Source: Chthoniobacteraceae bacterium | Lineage (GTDB): Bacteria; Verrucomicrobiota; Verrucomicrobiia; Chthoniobacterales; Chthoniobacteraceae | DNA: 64,000 nt | NCBI GenBank assembly: GCA_040081625.1 | Contig: JBEBGD010000010.1 | Span: 1-64,000, forward strand | Direction of reading: 5' to 3' | Part shown: positions 10,404-19,479 of the stretch, in pieces | How positions within the stretch are numbered: position 1 is the stretch's first letter | How the letters are laid out: the number at the start of each line of letters is the position of its first letter | Notes under the pieces: model-generated | The model's input: only the letters and a program-made list of their open reading frames with translations | What the model was told of the DNA's origin: nothing | The model's database searches: none | Position numbers and translations under genes: made by a program

Positions 10404-11082
10404 CGCCTTCTCGCTGATTGAACTGCTCGTGAGCATCGCCGTCGTCGCGGTGCTCACCGCGATCGGCGCCGGTGCTTACAGCCAGGTGCAGGACATCCGG
10501 AATCAGGCGGAGAGCAGCTCGCGGATGCGTCAATGGGGCGTGGCGCTTGGCGGCTACCTCGCGGAAAACGACGGCGCTTTGCCACGGCGTGGCCAGGGCA
10601 TGCAGGCGGTGGCGCTACTCGACCGCGCGGAGGATTGGTTCAATGCGCTGCCGCCATTCCTCGGCCAGCCGGGCTACGGCGAGCTCGTGAAATCCGGTCG
10701 GCGTCCGCGCGAAAACGATCGCTCCATTTTCGTGCGGCCCGGCGCGAAGGACCCGGGCGGCGCGGCCTTTCTCAGCTACGGGATGAACATGAATCTCTCG
10801 CCGTGGAATCTGCCGTCGCCGACGAGAATCGCGGGGATCGAGCGCCCGGCGACGACCGTTTTCCTCGCCGAAAGCCCCGGTGCCTACGCGAGCACGTATC
10901 CCTCGAAGCGGCCCTACGGCTGCGTCGCGCCGCACAATGGCAGGGGCAACATTCTCTTTCTCGATGGCCACGTCGGCGCCTTCGATGCCGCTTACATCGG
11001 CGTGGGCACGGGCGATCCCAAACGCGACGATGTGCGCTGGATCACCGGCACGCAGAGTGACGCACAGGCGGCGAATTATTGA
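10387..11082 (+). CDS. Prepilin-type N-terminal cleavage/methylation protein with H-X9-DG motif
   Basis: AFSLIELLVSIAVVAVL; SYGMN; HNGRGNILFLDGH. Confidence 0.9.
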   Translation: MRARPDAFSLIELLVSIAVVAVLTAIGAGAYSQVQDIRNQAESSSRMRQWGVALGGYLAENDGALPRRGQGMQAVALLDRAEDWFNALPPFLGQPGYGELVKSGRRPRENDRSIFVRPGAKDPGGAAFLSYGMNMNLSPWNLPSPTRIAGIERPATTVFLAESPGAYASTYPSKRPYGCVAPHNGRGNILFLDGHVGAFDAAYIGVGTGDPKRDDVRWITGTQSDAQAANY

Positions 11083-11085
11083 TTC

Positions 11086-11928
11086 ATGCACTTCACACGA
11101 CGCGTCCTCTTTTCCGTCAGCGCACTCCTGCTCGCATTCGCCGCGCACGCGGACGAGCGCCGTCCCGTCCGCGTCGCCGTGATCGGCGGGATGACGATGA
11201 CCGGCGCGTGGCAGGAGCTCGCCGCGCAGTTTGAAGCCGACACCGGCTGGAAAACTCAGATCGTCGCGACCGGGCCGAAGGACGTGATCGCCGAGCCGTT
11301 CAAGCGCGGCGAAGTCGATCTCCTCACGATGCACAGCAGCGACCAGACGACCGACCTCGTCGCAGACGGCTTCGGGATGAACCTGCGCCCGTGGGCGCGT
11401 AACGAGCATACGATCGTCGGCCCGTCGAGCGACCCTGCCGGAATCCGCGGGATGAAAGACGGCGCCGCGGCGCTGAAGAAGATCGCCGGGGCGCGCGCGC
11501 CGTTCGTCGATTTTTACGGCCCCGGCAGCCGCGAACTCACGCACAAGCTCTGGCAGCGCGCGGGGCTGAAACCGGAGGGCGAGTGGGTGCTCAAGGACGA
11601 GAGCGCGTCGCCGCAAGGCGTCGTCGAATTTGCGGCGAAGAAACAGGCTTACGTCGTCGTCGGCCGCATCCCGACGGCCTACGGCAAGATCCCGCTCGCT
11701 GGCATGGAGGTGCTCGTGCAAGGCGACCCCGAGATGCGCCGACCGTATGTCGTGATCGAAGCGAACCCGCGAAAGTTTCCGAAGGCGAACACCGCCGGCG
11801 CGCGCGTGCTCGCCGACTGGCTCACCGGCGAGAAGGGGCAGCGCTTCCTGCTCGAGTTCGGTCGCAAGCAGGCGGGAGGCGTCCCGCTTTTCTACCCCGT
11901 GAACGCGCCCGGCGACGCCGGTCGATAG
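11086..11928 (+). CDS. TupA-like tungstate/oxyanion substrate-binding protein
   Basis: Signal peptide; GEVDLLTMHS, IVGPSSDPAGIRG, RPYVVIEANPRKFPKANTAGARVLADWLTGEKGQ resemble TupA/PBP_like_2. Confidence 0.75.
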   Translation: MHFTRRVLFSVSALLLAFAAHADERRPVRVAVIGGMTMTGAWQELAAQFEADTGWKTQIVATGPKDVIAEPFKRGEVDLLTMHSSDQTTDLVADGFGMNLRPWARNEHTIVGPSSDPAGIRGMKDGAAALKKIAGARAPFVDFYGPGSRELTHKLWQRAGLKPEGEWVLKDESASPQGVVEFAAKKQAYVVVGRIPTAYGKIPLAGMEVLVQGDPEMRRPYVVIEANPRKFPKANTAGARVLADWLTGEKGQRFLLEFGRKQAGGVPLFYPVNAPGDAGR

Positions 11929-11940
11929 ACCCGCCCGCGC

Positions 11941-12894
11941 CTAGAGAAGGCCAATCAGCAACGAAGCGACCGCGGCCAGCACCGCGCCGGATGGCAGCGT
12001 GACGACCCACGACAGCACGATCTGCTCGATCGCCTTCCAATGCGCCTGCTTCGTCACCGCGCCGATGCCGACCAGCGCGCCGACGCTCACGTGCGTCGTG
12101 CTCACCGGCAGTCCGTTCCAGCTCGCCATCCCGACCAGCACCGCCGTCGCCACGTTCGCCGCGAAGCCCTGGCCGGGATTCATTCCGGTGATCCGGTGCG
12201 CCATCGTCTCGGCCACGCGCCGCGCATTGAGCAGACCGCCGATCGCCATCGCCACTGCCACGGCGAGCAGGTCCCAATGAATGTCCAGCGCCTCCGCCAC
12301 GAGCAGCAGCGCGGCGATCTTCGGCGTGTCGTTCAAGCCGCGCGCGAACCCAACCGCGCCGCCGCTGAGAAAGTGCAGCGAGTCGAGCGTGCGCGTGCGG
12401 TGATCGGGCGCGAGCCGCGCGGTTCGCAGCACGAGATACACGAGCGCGCCTCCGCCGAACGCAAGCACCGGCCCGAGTAGCAACGGCTGCACAAAACTCC
12501 GGCCGAGCGCGCCGAAGTAAACCGTGTGATCTCCCCCCGCGAGCCCCGCGCCGACCAGCGCGCCGGTGAGCGCGTGCGTCGTTGAAATGGGAAATCCGAA
12601 CCGGGTCGCGAGCAGCACCGTCAGCGCGGCGCCGAGCGCGACGGCGAGGAGGAAATCCGGCGACTGAGTCAACGCGTCGGGCACGAGCCCCCGCCCGCTG
12701 AACTTCTTCATCAACTCCTCCGCGAGGAAGATCGCGGCGATCGAGCCCGCCAGCGTCGTAGCCGTGCCCCAGCCGAGCGCGGCGCGAAAGCCCGCCGTGC
12801 CGCTGCCGTAGAGCGACGCGACGCCCTTGAAGTTGTCATTGGCGCCATTGGTGAAGGCGAGGAAGCAGGCGGCGAGGAAGAGGAGAATGAGCAC
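11941..12894 (-). CDS. PiT-family inorganic phosphate/anion permease
   Basis: NGANDNFKG, GFPISTTH, GLNDTPK, LPVSTTHVSVG signature pairs. GTG start at 12894 chosen (ATG at 12924 possible). Confidence 0.9.
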   Translation of the reverse strand: MLILLFLAACFLAFTNGANDNFKGVASLYGSGTAGFRAALGWGTATTLAGSIAAIFLAEELMKKFSGRGLVPDALTQSPDFLLAVALGAALTVLLATRFGFPISTTHALTGALVGAGLAGGDHTVYFGALGRSFVQPLLLGPVLAFGGGALVYLVLRTARLAPDHRTRTLDSLHFLSGGAVGFARGLNDTPKIAALLLVAEALDIHWDLLAVAVAMAIGGLLNARRVAETMAHRITGMNPGQGFAANVATAVLVGMASWNGLPVSTTHVSVGALVGIGAVTKQAHWKAIEQIVLSWVVTLPSGAVLAAVASLLIGLL

Positions 12895-12903
12895 GAAGAT
12901 CTG

Positions 12904-12929
12904 GACGTATGCGCATTTGTGCATACGTC
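12904..12929. promoter_or_regulatory. 12-2-12 inverted repeat, probable ArsR/SmtB operator
   Basis: GACGTATGCGCA-TT-TGTGCATACGTC (1 mismatch) immediately upstream of the PiT gene and downstream of arsR. Confidence 0.7.
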
Positions 12930-12962
12930 GTGCGCCGTGCCAAGTCCGCGAATGCAAAAGCT

Positions 12963-13271
12963 TCAGCCCCGCGCCGGCTTCTCGAAACGAAACGTGCAAC
13001 AGCCCAGGTCCATCTCCCAGCCGCCCGCCTTCAACCGCGACCGAAACTCGCCCGCTACTTCGCAACGCACTTCCTTGCCCTGCCGCGCCGTGGTCACGAT
13101 ACCCGCCTCGCGCAGCACGCGCACATGCTTGGACGCGTTGTATTGCGGCGTGCCGAGCAGCTCGGCGAGTTCATTCACGTTGTGGTCCGCGGCCAGCAGC
13201 AACTCCACGATCTTCAGACGCGTCGGGTCGGCAAGCGCGCGGAGCGCAGGAAGGCATTCGTCGGTTTTCAT
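12963..13271 (-). CDS. ArsR/SmtB-family transcriptional regulator
   Basis: LRALADPTRLKIVELL...ELAELLG..QYNASKHVRVLREAGIV...RQG; C-terminal LGCC. Confidence 0.92.
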   Translation of the reverse strand: MKTDECLPALRALADPTRLKIVELLLAADHNVNELAELLGTPQYNASKHVRVLREAGIVTTARQGKEVRCEVAGEFRSRLKAGGWEMDLGCCTFRFEKPARG

Positions 13272-13311
13272 GTGGCGGGCAATGCGCCGGGAGCGTAGCA
13301 CAGCCGCTCCC

Positions 13312-13773
13312 GTGTCAGCCACGTCCTTCTACAAACGCTCGAACTTCGTCACGCATCTCCCGACCGAGTGCCTCTACAGCCCGTCGCACTTCTGGCTCGC
13401 GCGGATCGACGGCGACCGCTGGCGCGTGGGTTTCACGAAGTTCGCGACGCGAATGCTCGGCGAGATCGTGGATGTGCAGCTCGATGCGAAGCCGGGCGAC
13501 GTGGTCGCGAGCGGCGACATCATCGGCTCGATCGAGGGGTTCAAGGCGATCTCGGATATTTACTGCGTGGCCGATGGAAAGTTCCTCGCCGCCAATCCCG
13601 CGCTGAAAGCCGACATCGAACTCGTCGGTCGAGAGCCTTACGCGGGCGGATGGCTCTACGAATTTGAAGGCGCGCCCGATGCGAAGTGCGGCGAACTCGC
13701 GAGCTACCGCGCGCTGCTCGACGCCACGATCGACAAGATGCTCGCGAAACAAGGACAGGACGAACACCCATGA
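13312..13773 (+). CDS. Glycine cleavage H-like lipoyl-carrier protein (divergent)
   Basis: YSPSHFW, RVGFTKFATRMLGEIV, IEGFKAISDIY (lipoyl-Lys), EPYAGGWLY. Start uncertain (GTG 13312 or ATG 13282). Confidence 0.85.
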   Translation: MSATSFYKRSNFVTHLPTECLYSPSHFWLARIDGDRWRVGFTKFATRMLGEIVDVQLDAKPGDVVASGDIIGSIEGFKAISDIYCVADGKFLAANPALKADIELVGREPYAGGWLYEFEGAPDAKCGELASYRALLDATIDKMLAKQGQDEHP

Positions 13774-14951
13774 ACGAACGATCAAAAGTGGAAGCGACGC
13801 CTCGTCGCTTCGACGAAAAGCAAGCGGCGGGGGCGCCGCTTCCACCCTCCAAAGCCCGTTACATCATGATCGGCGGCTTCCTCGGCGCCGGGAAGACCAC
13901 CGCCGTCGCCGCGCTCGCCGAGCGACTCACGAAGCGCGGCCTCAAGGTCGGCCTCATCACAAACGACCAGGGCAGCGAACTGGTGGATACCGCGATGCTG
14001 CGTGCGAAAGGATTCGCGACGGAGGAGATCCCCGGCGGTTGTTTCTGCTGCCGCTTCAACTCGCTCGTCGATGCCGCGGAGAAACTCGACGCGTCGTCGT
14101 CGCCCGATGTCTTCATCGCCGAGCCGGTCGGGAGCTGCACGGATCTGGTCGCGACCGTCACGTATCCGCTGCGCCGCATCTACGGCGACAACTACCTCGT
14201 CGCGCCGCTCAGCGTTCTCGTCGATCCCGTGCGCGCCGAGCGTGTCTTCGGCCTCGGCGAAGGCGGGAAGTTTTCCGACAAGGTGATCTACATTTACCGC
14301 AAGCAGCTCGAGGAGGCAGACCTGATCGTGATCAGCAAGACCGACACGCTCGATGCCGCGCGCTACGAGCGGCTGCGCGCGAAGCTCGCCGCGGAGTTTC
14401 CGCACGCGGAAGTCATCGCCACTTCGGTGCGCACCGGCGACACGGAAGCGTGGTTTGCGAAGATCGAAAACTCCGAGCAGGGCACGCGCGCCGCGATGGA
14501 AGTGGACTACGAGATTTACGCCGAAGGCGAAGCGCTGCTCGGCTGGCTGAACGCGACCGTGCAACTCGCGCACGCCGATGGCTTCGACTCCGAGCCCGTG
14601 CTGCAAGCGCTCGCGCGCCGCATCCAGCGCACGCTTGCGGGAGCCGAGATCGCGCATTTGAAAATGACGCTCAGTCCCGATACCGGGCTCGGCGACGTGG
14701 CGGTGATCAATCTCGTCCGCAGCGACTTCGTGCCCGAGCTGAGCCTGCGGCTCGAAGCGCCGGTGCCGAGCGGCCAGCTCATCGTCAACGTCCGCGCCGA
14801 AGCCGCGCCCGAGCAACTCCGCGACGCCGTGCGCGAAGCCGTCGAGACGATCGCCGCCGACTTCCCCGGCTTGAGCGCGCAGCTCGATCACCTCGAGTTT
14901 TTTCGCCCCGGAAAACCGCAGCCGACGCACCGCATCACGTCGCCGGTGTAA
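13770..14951 (+). CDS. CobW/P47K (COG0523) G3E GTPase metallochaperone
   Basis: GGFLGAGKTT Walker A, GGCFCC, EPVG, QLEEADLIVISKTD, AHLK. ATGA overlap with upstream gene. Confidence 0.9.
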   Translation: MNERSKVEATPRRFDEKQAAGAPLPPSKARYIMIGGFLGAGKTTAVAALAERLTKRGLKVGLITNDQGSELVDTAMLRAKGFATEEIPGGCFCCRFNSLVDAAEKLDASSSPDVFIAEPVGSCTDLVATVTYPLRRIYGDNYLVAPLSVLVDPVRAERVFGLGEGGKFSDKVIYIYRKQLEEADLIVISKTDTLDAARYERLRAKLAAEFPHAEVIATSVRTGDTEAWFAKIENSEQGTRAAMEVDYEIYAEGEALLGWLNATVQLAHADGFDSEPVLQALARRIQRTLAGAEIAHLKMTLSPDTGLGDVAVINLVRSDFVPELSLRLEAPVPSGQLIVNVRAEAAPEQLRDAVREAVETIAADFPGLSAQLDHLEFFRPGKPQPTHRITSPV

Positions 14952-16158
14952 GCGCCCGGCGGCGGGCGCAGGCAGTCTCACCGGTGGGGTCGGCGATGCG
15001 GACCTTCGGCAGCACAGCGTAGCCCCAGACGCACGCGGCGAGCATCCACAGAGTGCTCGCCCAGTTCATGCCGAGCGTGCGGTCGGGGAGGAAATCCGCC
15101 ACTGCGCGAACGACGGTGCCCGCGACGAGGAGCAGCGTGGCGATCCGCAGCGGCGGGAGGCGTGTGAGGAAGAGGTGCTCATTTCCCGAGTGTCCGAGCA
15201 CGACACGCGTGGCGACCGTGAACGTGATGAGGCTGAAGCCGCCGAGGAAGATGACGTGAAGGCCCGCGGCGCGTTGCCCCGGCCAGAACAGCGGAAACGC
15301 GAGCCCAGCGACGAGCGCGATGAGGGCGAGGTTCACCGCGAGCGGGACGGTCTGCGTCGGCGAAGGCGTGCGGTAGATCGGCACCATTACGGCGAGATAC
15401 GCGAGCACTACGACACCGCGCAGGATGGCGGCGGTGGTGAGCGCGGCGTGTGCGACCTCGATCCAGTAACTCGCGAGCACCGTGATCCCGACGACGAGCG
15501 AGAACGCGGCGCGACGTAGCCACTCGGGCGACGCGCGGCGTTCATCGGCCATCAGCACGACACCGGGCAGCGCGAGGAAACGCGGGAGCAAAAACGTGCC
15601 GACGCCGAGCACGAGCAGCAAAACGAAGGCTTGGTTTAGCCACATGCCGCCGAGCATCGCGAAATTCCCGGGCACCCACCCTTTAACACCGCCGGCCCAC
15701 AGCGCGGCGCCGCTGAGTCCGCTCGCATAGCCGAGCGCGACGAGCACGAAGCCGGGCGGAGGCAGCTCCGTCCGCGCGCGGACACGGCGGATGAGAAACG
15801 CCGCGAAGAGCGCGAGCAGCACGACGAAGACAACATCGCCGGCGATCATCTGATGCCCGATGTGCAGGCCCGCGGTGGTGAGGTAGAGCGCGACGAGCGT
15901 CCACAGTTCCCACGCACGCAGCACCGGCGCGGCGAGCAGCCGCGGCATCGCCGTGCCGAGGAAGCCGATCACGAAACCGGCGAGAAAGCCTTCGATCATC
16001 AGGCGCGAGTGCATCACGCCGGGATAGAACTTGTGCAGGCCGGTGAAGAAGAGCGGCCAGAGCGAAACGCCGGAAATGCCGAGCAGCGTGGCGAGCGGGA
16101 AGAAGATGCGGAACGGCTCAGCAGGGCAGAGGCTCAGATACGCCGGGCGTGCGCTCAT
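14935..16158 (-). CDS. nnrS: NnrS family membrane protein (NO response)
   Basis: EPFRIFFP, HSRLMIEGFLAGFVIGFLGTAMP, H..FLGG...ATRVVLGHSG; last gene of the nirK operon. Confidence 0.88.
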   Translation of the reverse strand: MSARPAYLSLCPAEPFRIFFPLATLLGISGVSLWPLFFTGLHKFYPGVMHSRLMIEGFLAGFVIGFLGTAMPRLLAAPVLRAWELWTLVALYLTTAGLHIGHQMIAGDVVFVVLLALFAAFLIRRVRARTELPPPGFVLVALGYASGLSGAALWAGGVKGWVPGNFAMLGGMWLNQAFVLLLVLGVGTFLLPRFLALPGVVLMADERRASPEWLRRAAFSLVVGITVLASYWIEVAHAALTTAAILRGVVVLAYLAVMVPIYRTPSPTQTVPLAVNLALIALVAGLAFPLFWPGQRAAGLHVIFLGGFSLITFTVATRVVLGHSGNEHLFLTRLPPLRIATLLLVAGTVVRAVADFLPDRTLGMNWASTLWMLAACVWGYAVLPKVRIADPTGETACARRRALTPAT

Positions 16159-16418
16159 AGCAGCGAATCGTCGTCGCGCTCCGCGGAGACGACCGGTGCG
16201 AAGACGACCTCGAAGCCGCCGTCGCCCGACTCCGTGACGCTTGCCGCGAAACCTTGCATGGCCAGCACGCTGATGAGCGGATGCGGCTCGAAGGGTGCGA
16301 TCACGCGCAGTTGCTCGCCTTCGCGCAGGCGGCCCACGGCTTCCATGATTCGCGGAAAAGGCTCGCGGCCCGCCCGCAGGTCTTCGCGCACATCGAGAGT
16401 GATCGTGGGTGCCGGCAT
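16155..16418 (-). CDS. DUF2249 domain protein
   Basis: LDVREDLRAGREPFPRIMEAV..L..GEQL..IAPFEP.PL. Confidence 0.85.
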   Translation of the reverse strand: MPAPTITLDVREDLRAGREPFPRIMEAVGRLREGEQLRVIAPFEPHPLISVLAMQGFAASVTESGDGGFEVVFAPVVSAERDDDSLL

Positions 16419-16420
16419 CG

Positions 16421-17104
16421 TCAGCGTTTTGCGTCGCGCGCGGCCTTCTCGATCGCGGCGATGAGCGGAGTGGGATCCTGTTTCAGTCCGGCGTGCTGGA
16501 AGGCGATCTCGCCGGCGGCGTTGAGCAGCGTGATGAGGTTTGTGTGTGCGAACTGCCCGCGCGAATCCTGCGCGTAGTTCACGCCGAGCAGCGCGGCGAG
16601 TTCGCGCACATCGTCCTCGTTGCCGCGCAGGAGCGTCCAGCGTTCGCGGGTGAGCTGGCGCTTCTCGCGGAATGCGGCGAGCGCGTCGGTGGTGTCGCGT
16701 TTCGGGTCTAGGCTCACGAGGAGGAAGTCCGTCTTCGCGAGCACGTCCGGCGGCAGCTTGCCCTCGATGGTCTTGAGTTCATTCACGGTGATCGGGCAGG
16801 CGTATTCGCAGTGAGTGAAGAAGAGCGCAACGACTTGCGGGCGTCCGCGCAGCACGCCGAGTTGCACTTCCCTGCCGACATCCGAGGTCCACTTCGAGTC
16901 GAGCAGATAGAGCGACTTGTCCGTCGGTGGCCCGGCAGGAAGCGCGGGGCGGCAGCACGGTGGTTCTGATGCGAGAGCGCTCGCGACCATGAGCGCGAAG
17001 CATTGAACCACAGAGGCACAGAGAGCACCGGGGAAGTATTGGAACTGCCTGTGTCCCACTCTGTGTCCTCTGTGTCTCTGTGTTGAATTCATAGCGTAGC
17101 TCAT
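16421..17104 (-). CDS. SCO family copper chaperone
   Basis: FFTHCEYACP (CxxxC), VSLDPKRDT, FAHTN. ATG at 17104 overlaps the TGA of nirV; a start at 16990 is an alternative. Confidence 0.88.
   Translation of the reverse strand: MSYAMNSTQRHRGHRVGHRQFQYFPGALCASVVQCFALMVASALASEPPCCRPALPAGPPTDKSLYLLDSKWTSDVGREVQLGVLRGRPQVVALFFTHCEYACPITVNELKTIEGKLPPDVLAKTDFLLVSLDPKRDTTDALAAFREKRQLTRERWTLLRGNEDDVRELAALLGVNYAQDSRGQFAHTNLITLLNAAGEIAFQHAGLKQDPTPLIAAIEKAARDAKR
17006..17084. repeat. REP-like palindromic element built of CACAGAG units
   Basis: aaccacagaggcacagagagcaccggg (17006-17032) and inverted ctctgtgtcctctgtgtctctgtgtt (17059-17084). Confidence 0.75.
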
Positions 17105-17853
17105 GGGTTGCGCGCGCACCGGAAGCCGAGGTTGTGGACGGTGTAGCCCGCCTTGAGGCTGCTCCGCATCCCGAAGCGCATGAAGGCGGGGAAGTTCGTT
17201 CGGTCGGTCGCGCCGAGCGAGCCGCTGCCGCAGAAAAGCTGACGTTCGAGTCCCGTATCGCCGCGCGCGTCGCCGGTGATGAGCGCGCTGTTGAAGTCGC
17301 TCGTCCACTCCCACACGACTCCGTGCAGATCACGCACGCCGAAAACGTTCGCGCGCCCGCTACCTGCGTCGGGCAGCATCTCCGGCGAAGGCGTGCCATA
17401 CCAGCGCGTGATCGCCTGCTGAAAGTCGGTGTCCTTCGCGCCGTCCACGTCGGTGAAGCCCGCGCCGGCGGCGAGTTCCCACTCCGCGGTCGTCGGCAGC
17501 CGCTTGCCGCGCCACGCAGCGTAGGATTTCGCGGAGAACCACGAGACATTCGTGACCGGCTGCGCTGCGCGCTCCTTGCCGGGATCGAGATCGCCCGCCC
17601 AGTGCGCGAGGTAGCGTTCGTCGGCGAAAAGCCGCTTTACCTGCGAGCGCTGCCATTTCGGATTCGCGCGGACAAACTCGGCGAACTCCCCATTCGTCAC
17701 CGCGCGCCTGTCGAGCAGGAACGCGGCGACCGCGATCTCCTTCGCGTCCTTCTCGCCGCGAAACAGCGGCCGGTAGCTCGCAGCCGGGATCAGCGCCATG
17801 TCCGGCTCCGCGACCACCGCGAAGAGGAGAGCGATGGCGTGAATCATCGTCAT
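17101..17853 (-). CDS. nirV: NirV-like formylglycine-generating-enzyme-fold protein
   Basis: [40 protein letters not shown]; directly downstream of nirK. Confidence 0.85.
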   Translation of the reverse strand: MTMIHAIALLFAVVAEPDMALIPAASYRPLFRGEKDAKEIAVAAFLLDRRAVTNGEFAEFVRANPKWQRSQVKRLFADERYLAHWAGDLDPGKERAAQPVTNVSWFSAKSYAAWRGKRLPTTAEWELAAGAGFTDVDGAKDTDFQQAITRWYGTPSPEMLPDAGSGRANVFGVRDLHGVVWEWTSDFNSALITGDARGDTGLERQLFCGSGSLGATDRTNFPAFMRFGMRSSLKAGYTVHNLGFRCARNP

Positions 17854-19358
17854 TGGTTCGCGGACTCGGCGTGGACCCGCTTCACTTCGTCAACGGTCAC
17901 GATGTCGGCGGTGTTGCCCCATGAGTTCATCACGTAGGTGAGCACCTGCGCGATCTGCTCGTCGCTCAGCAGCACGGGCGGCATCACGCCGTTATACTTC
18001 ACCCCGTTCACGACCATCTCGCCCGACTGGCCCTTGATGATGCCGCGAATCGCGCGGTCCTTGTCGGCCATGAGATAGTCGGATTTCGCGAGCGGCGGGA
18101 AGACCGGCGGCAGACCTTGTCCCTCGCCCTGATGGCACGCGAAGCACGTCTGCGCATACACGCGCTTTCCCTTCTCCATGATGATCTCCTTGCTGATCCC
18201 GGCGATCTTCGGGTCGCCCGCGATCGCCTTTTTCATCTGCGCCTCGAGCGACGCGACCTTCGCATCCGCGCTCGGCAGCGCGCTGTCGCCGAGGTAAGTC
18301 GCGTCCACTTCCTTGCCGGAATAGACGAGCAGATTCGGCGGGCCATCGACCTTCATCATGCCGAGCGCGCCCTTGTTGAATGCGCGGAAGATCGAGTGAT
18401 CGACGAGGATGAACGTGCCGGGCACATCGAGTTTGAAATCGACGATCGCCGAACCGCCTGCGGGCACGAGCGTCGTCTGCACCTGTTCCTGCGTCGCGTT
18501 CACGCCGCCCTCTTGATAGACGTGGTCGAAGATCTCGCCGATCACGTGGAACGACGACACGAGATTCGGACCGCCATTGCCGATGAAGAGCCGGACGGTC
18601 TCGCCGACCTTCGCCTTGAGCGCGTTGTCGCCGACGAGCGAGCCGACCGAACCATTGAAGACGACGTAGCTCGGTCTCTCATCCACGGCCTTCTCGAGGT
18701 CGAACGGCTGCAAGCCTTCCTCGCCGAACTTCCCCGTCGTGTAGAAGTCGCCCTGCATCACGTAGAACTCCTTGTCCGCAGGCGGCATCCCGCCCTTCGG
18801 TTCGACGAAGATGAGGCCATACATCCCGTTCGCGATGTGCATCCCGACCGGCGCCGTCGCGCAGTGATAGACATAAAGGCCGGGGTTGATCGCCTTGAAC
18901 GAGAACTGCGACTTGTGCCCCGGCGCCGTGAACGACGAGGACGCGCCGCCGCCCGGTCCGGTGACGGCGTGCAGGTCGATGTTGTGCGGCATCTTCGAGG
19001 TCGGGTGATTGCCGAGGTGAAACTCGACGAGATCGCCCTCGCGCACGCGGATGAACAAGCCCGGCACCTCGCCGCCGAACGTCCAGAACAGATACTCCAC
19101 GCCATCGGCCAGCCGCTTCACCATCTCGCGCACTTCGAGGTTCACGATCACTTTCGTCGCGTGCTTGCGCGTGATCGGCGGCGGGACATTCGGCGCGGCG
19201 GTGAGCACGGCTTTCTCCTCGCCGACGATGTCCGGGTCGATGCCCTTGGCGGCTGGGCCGGGCAGCGAGGCGTTCGGCGCGGGTGGAGGTTCGGCGGCGG
19301 ACAGTGTCGCGGCGAAGGCGAGCGCGGCGGCGAGGGCTAATGGGTTGGTGCGTTTCAC
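17850..19358 (-). CDS. nirK: Copper-containing nitrite reductase (AniA-type) with C-terminal cytochrome c
   Basis: [47 protein letters not shown]-terminal CFACH and GVMP. Confidence 0.96.
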   Translation of the reverse strand: MKRTNPLALAAALAFAATLSAAEPPPAPNASLPGPAAKGIDPDIVGEEKAVLTAAPNVPPPITRKHATKVIVNLEVREMVKRLADGVEYLFWTFGGEVPGLFIRVREGDLVEFHLGNHPTSKMPHNIDLHAVTGPGGGASSSFTAPGHKSQFSFKAINPGLYVYHCATAPVGMHIANGMYGLIFVEPKGGMPPADKEFYVMQGDFYTTGKFGEEGLQPFDLEKAVDERPSYVVFNGSVGSLVGDNALKAKVGETVRLFIGNGGPNLVSSFHVIGEIFDHVYQEGGVNATQEQVQTTLVPAGGSAIVDFKLDVPGTFILVDHSIFRAFNKGALGMMKVDGPPNLLVYSGKEVDATYLGDSALPSADAKVASLEAQMKKAIAGDPKIAGISKEIIMEKGKRVYAQTCFACHQGEGQGLPPVFPPLAKSDYLMADKDRAIRGIIKGQSGEMVVNGVKYNGVMPPVLLSDEQIAQVLTYVMNSWGNTADIVTVDEVKRVHAESANQ

Positions 19359-19392
19359 GGTTATTCATTCGCCCGGCCTTCCTCCCGCCGCC

Positions 19393-19406
19393 TTGACGCA
19401 GGTCAA
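19393..19406. promoter_or_regulatory. FNR/DNR/NnrR-type box TTGAC-N4-GTCAA
   Basis: cgccTTGACgcagGTCAAggcg, a perfect extended palindrome between divergent nirK and globin; Crp/Fnr gene adjacent. Confidence 0.88.
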
Positions 19407-19479
19407 GGCGCGCCCCGAAACGTGGAGGCAGACTGCGGGCGACAACGACACAACCCACAATCCAAATCACCATCACCGC

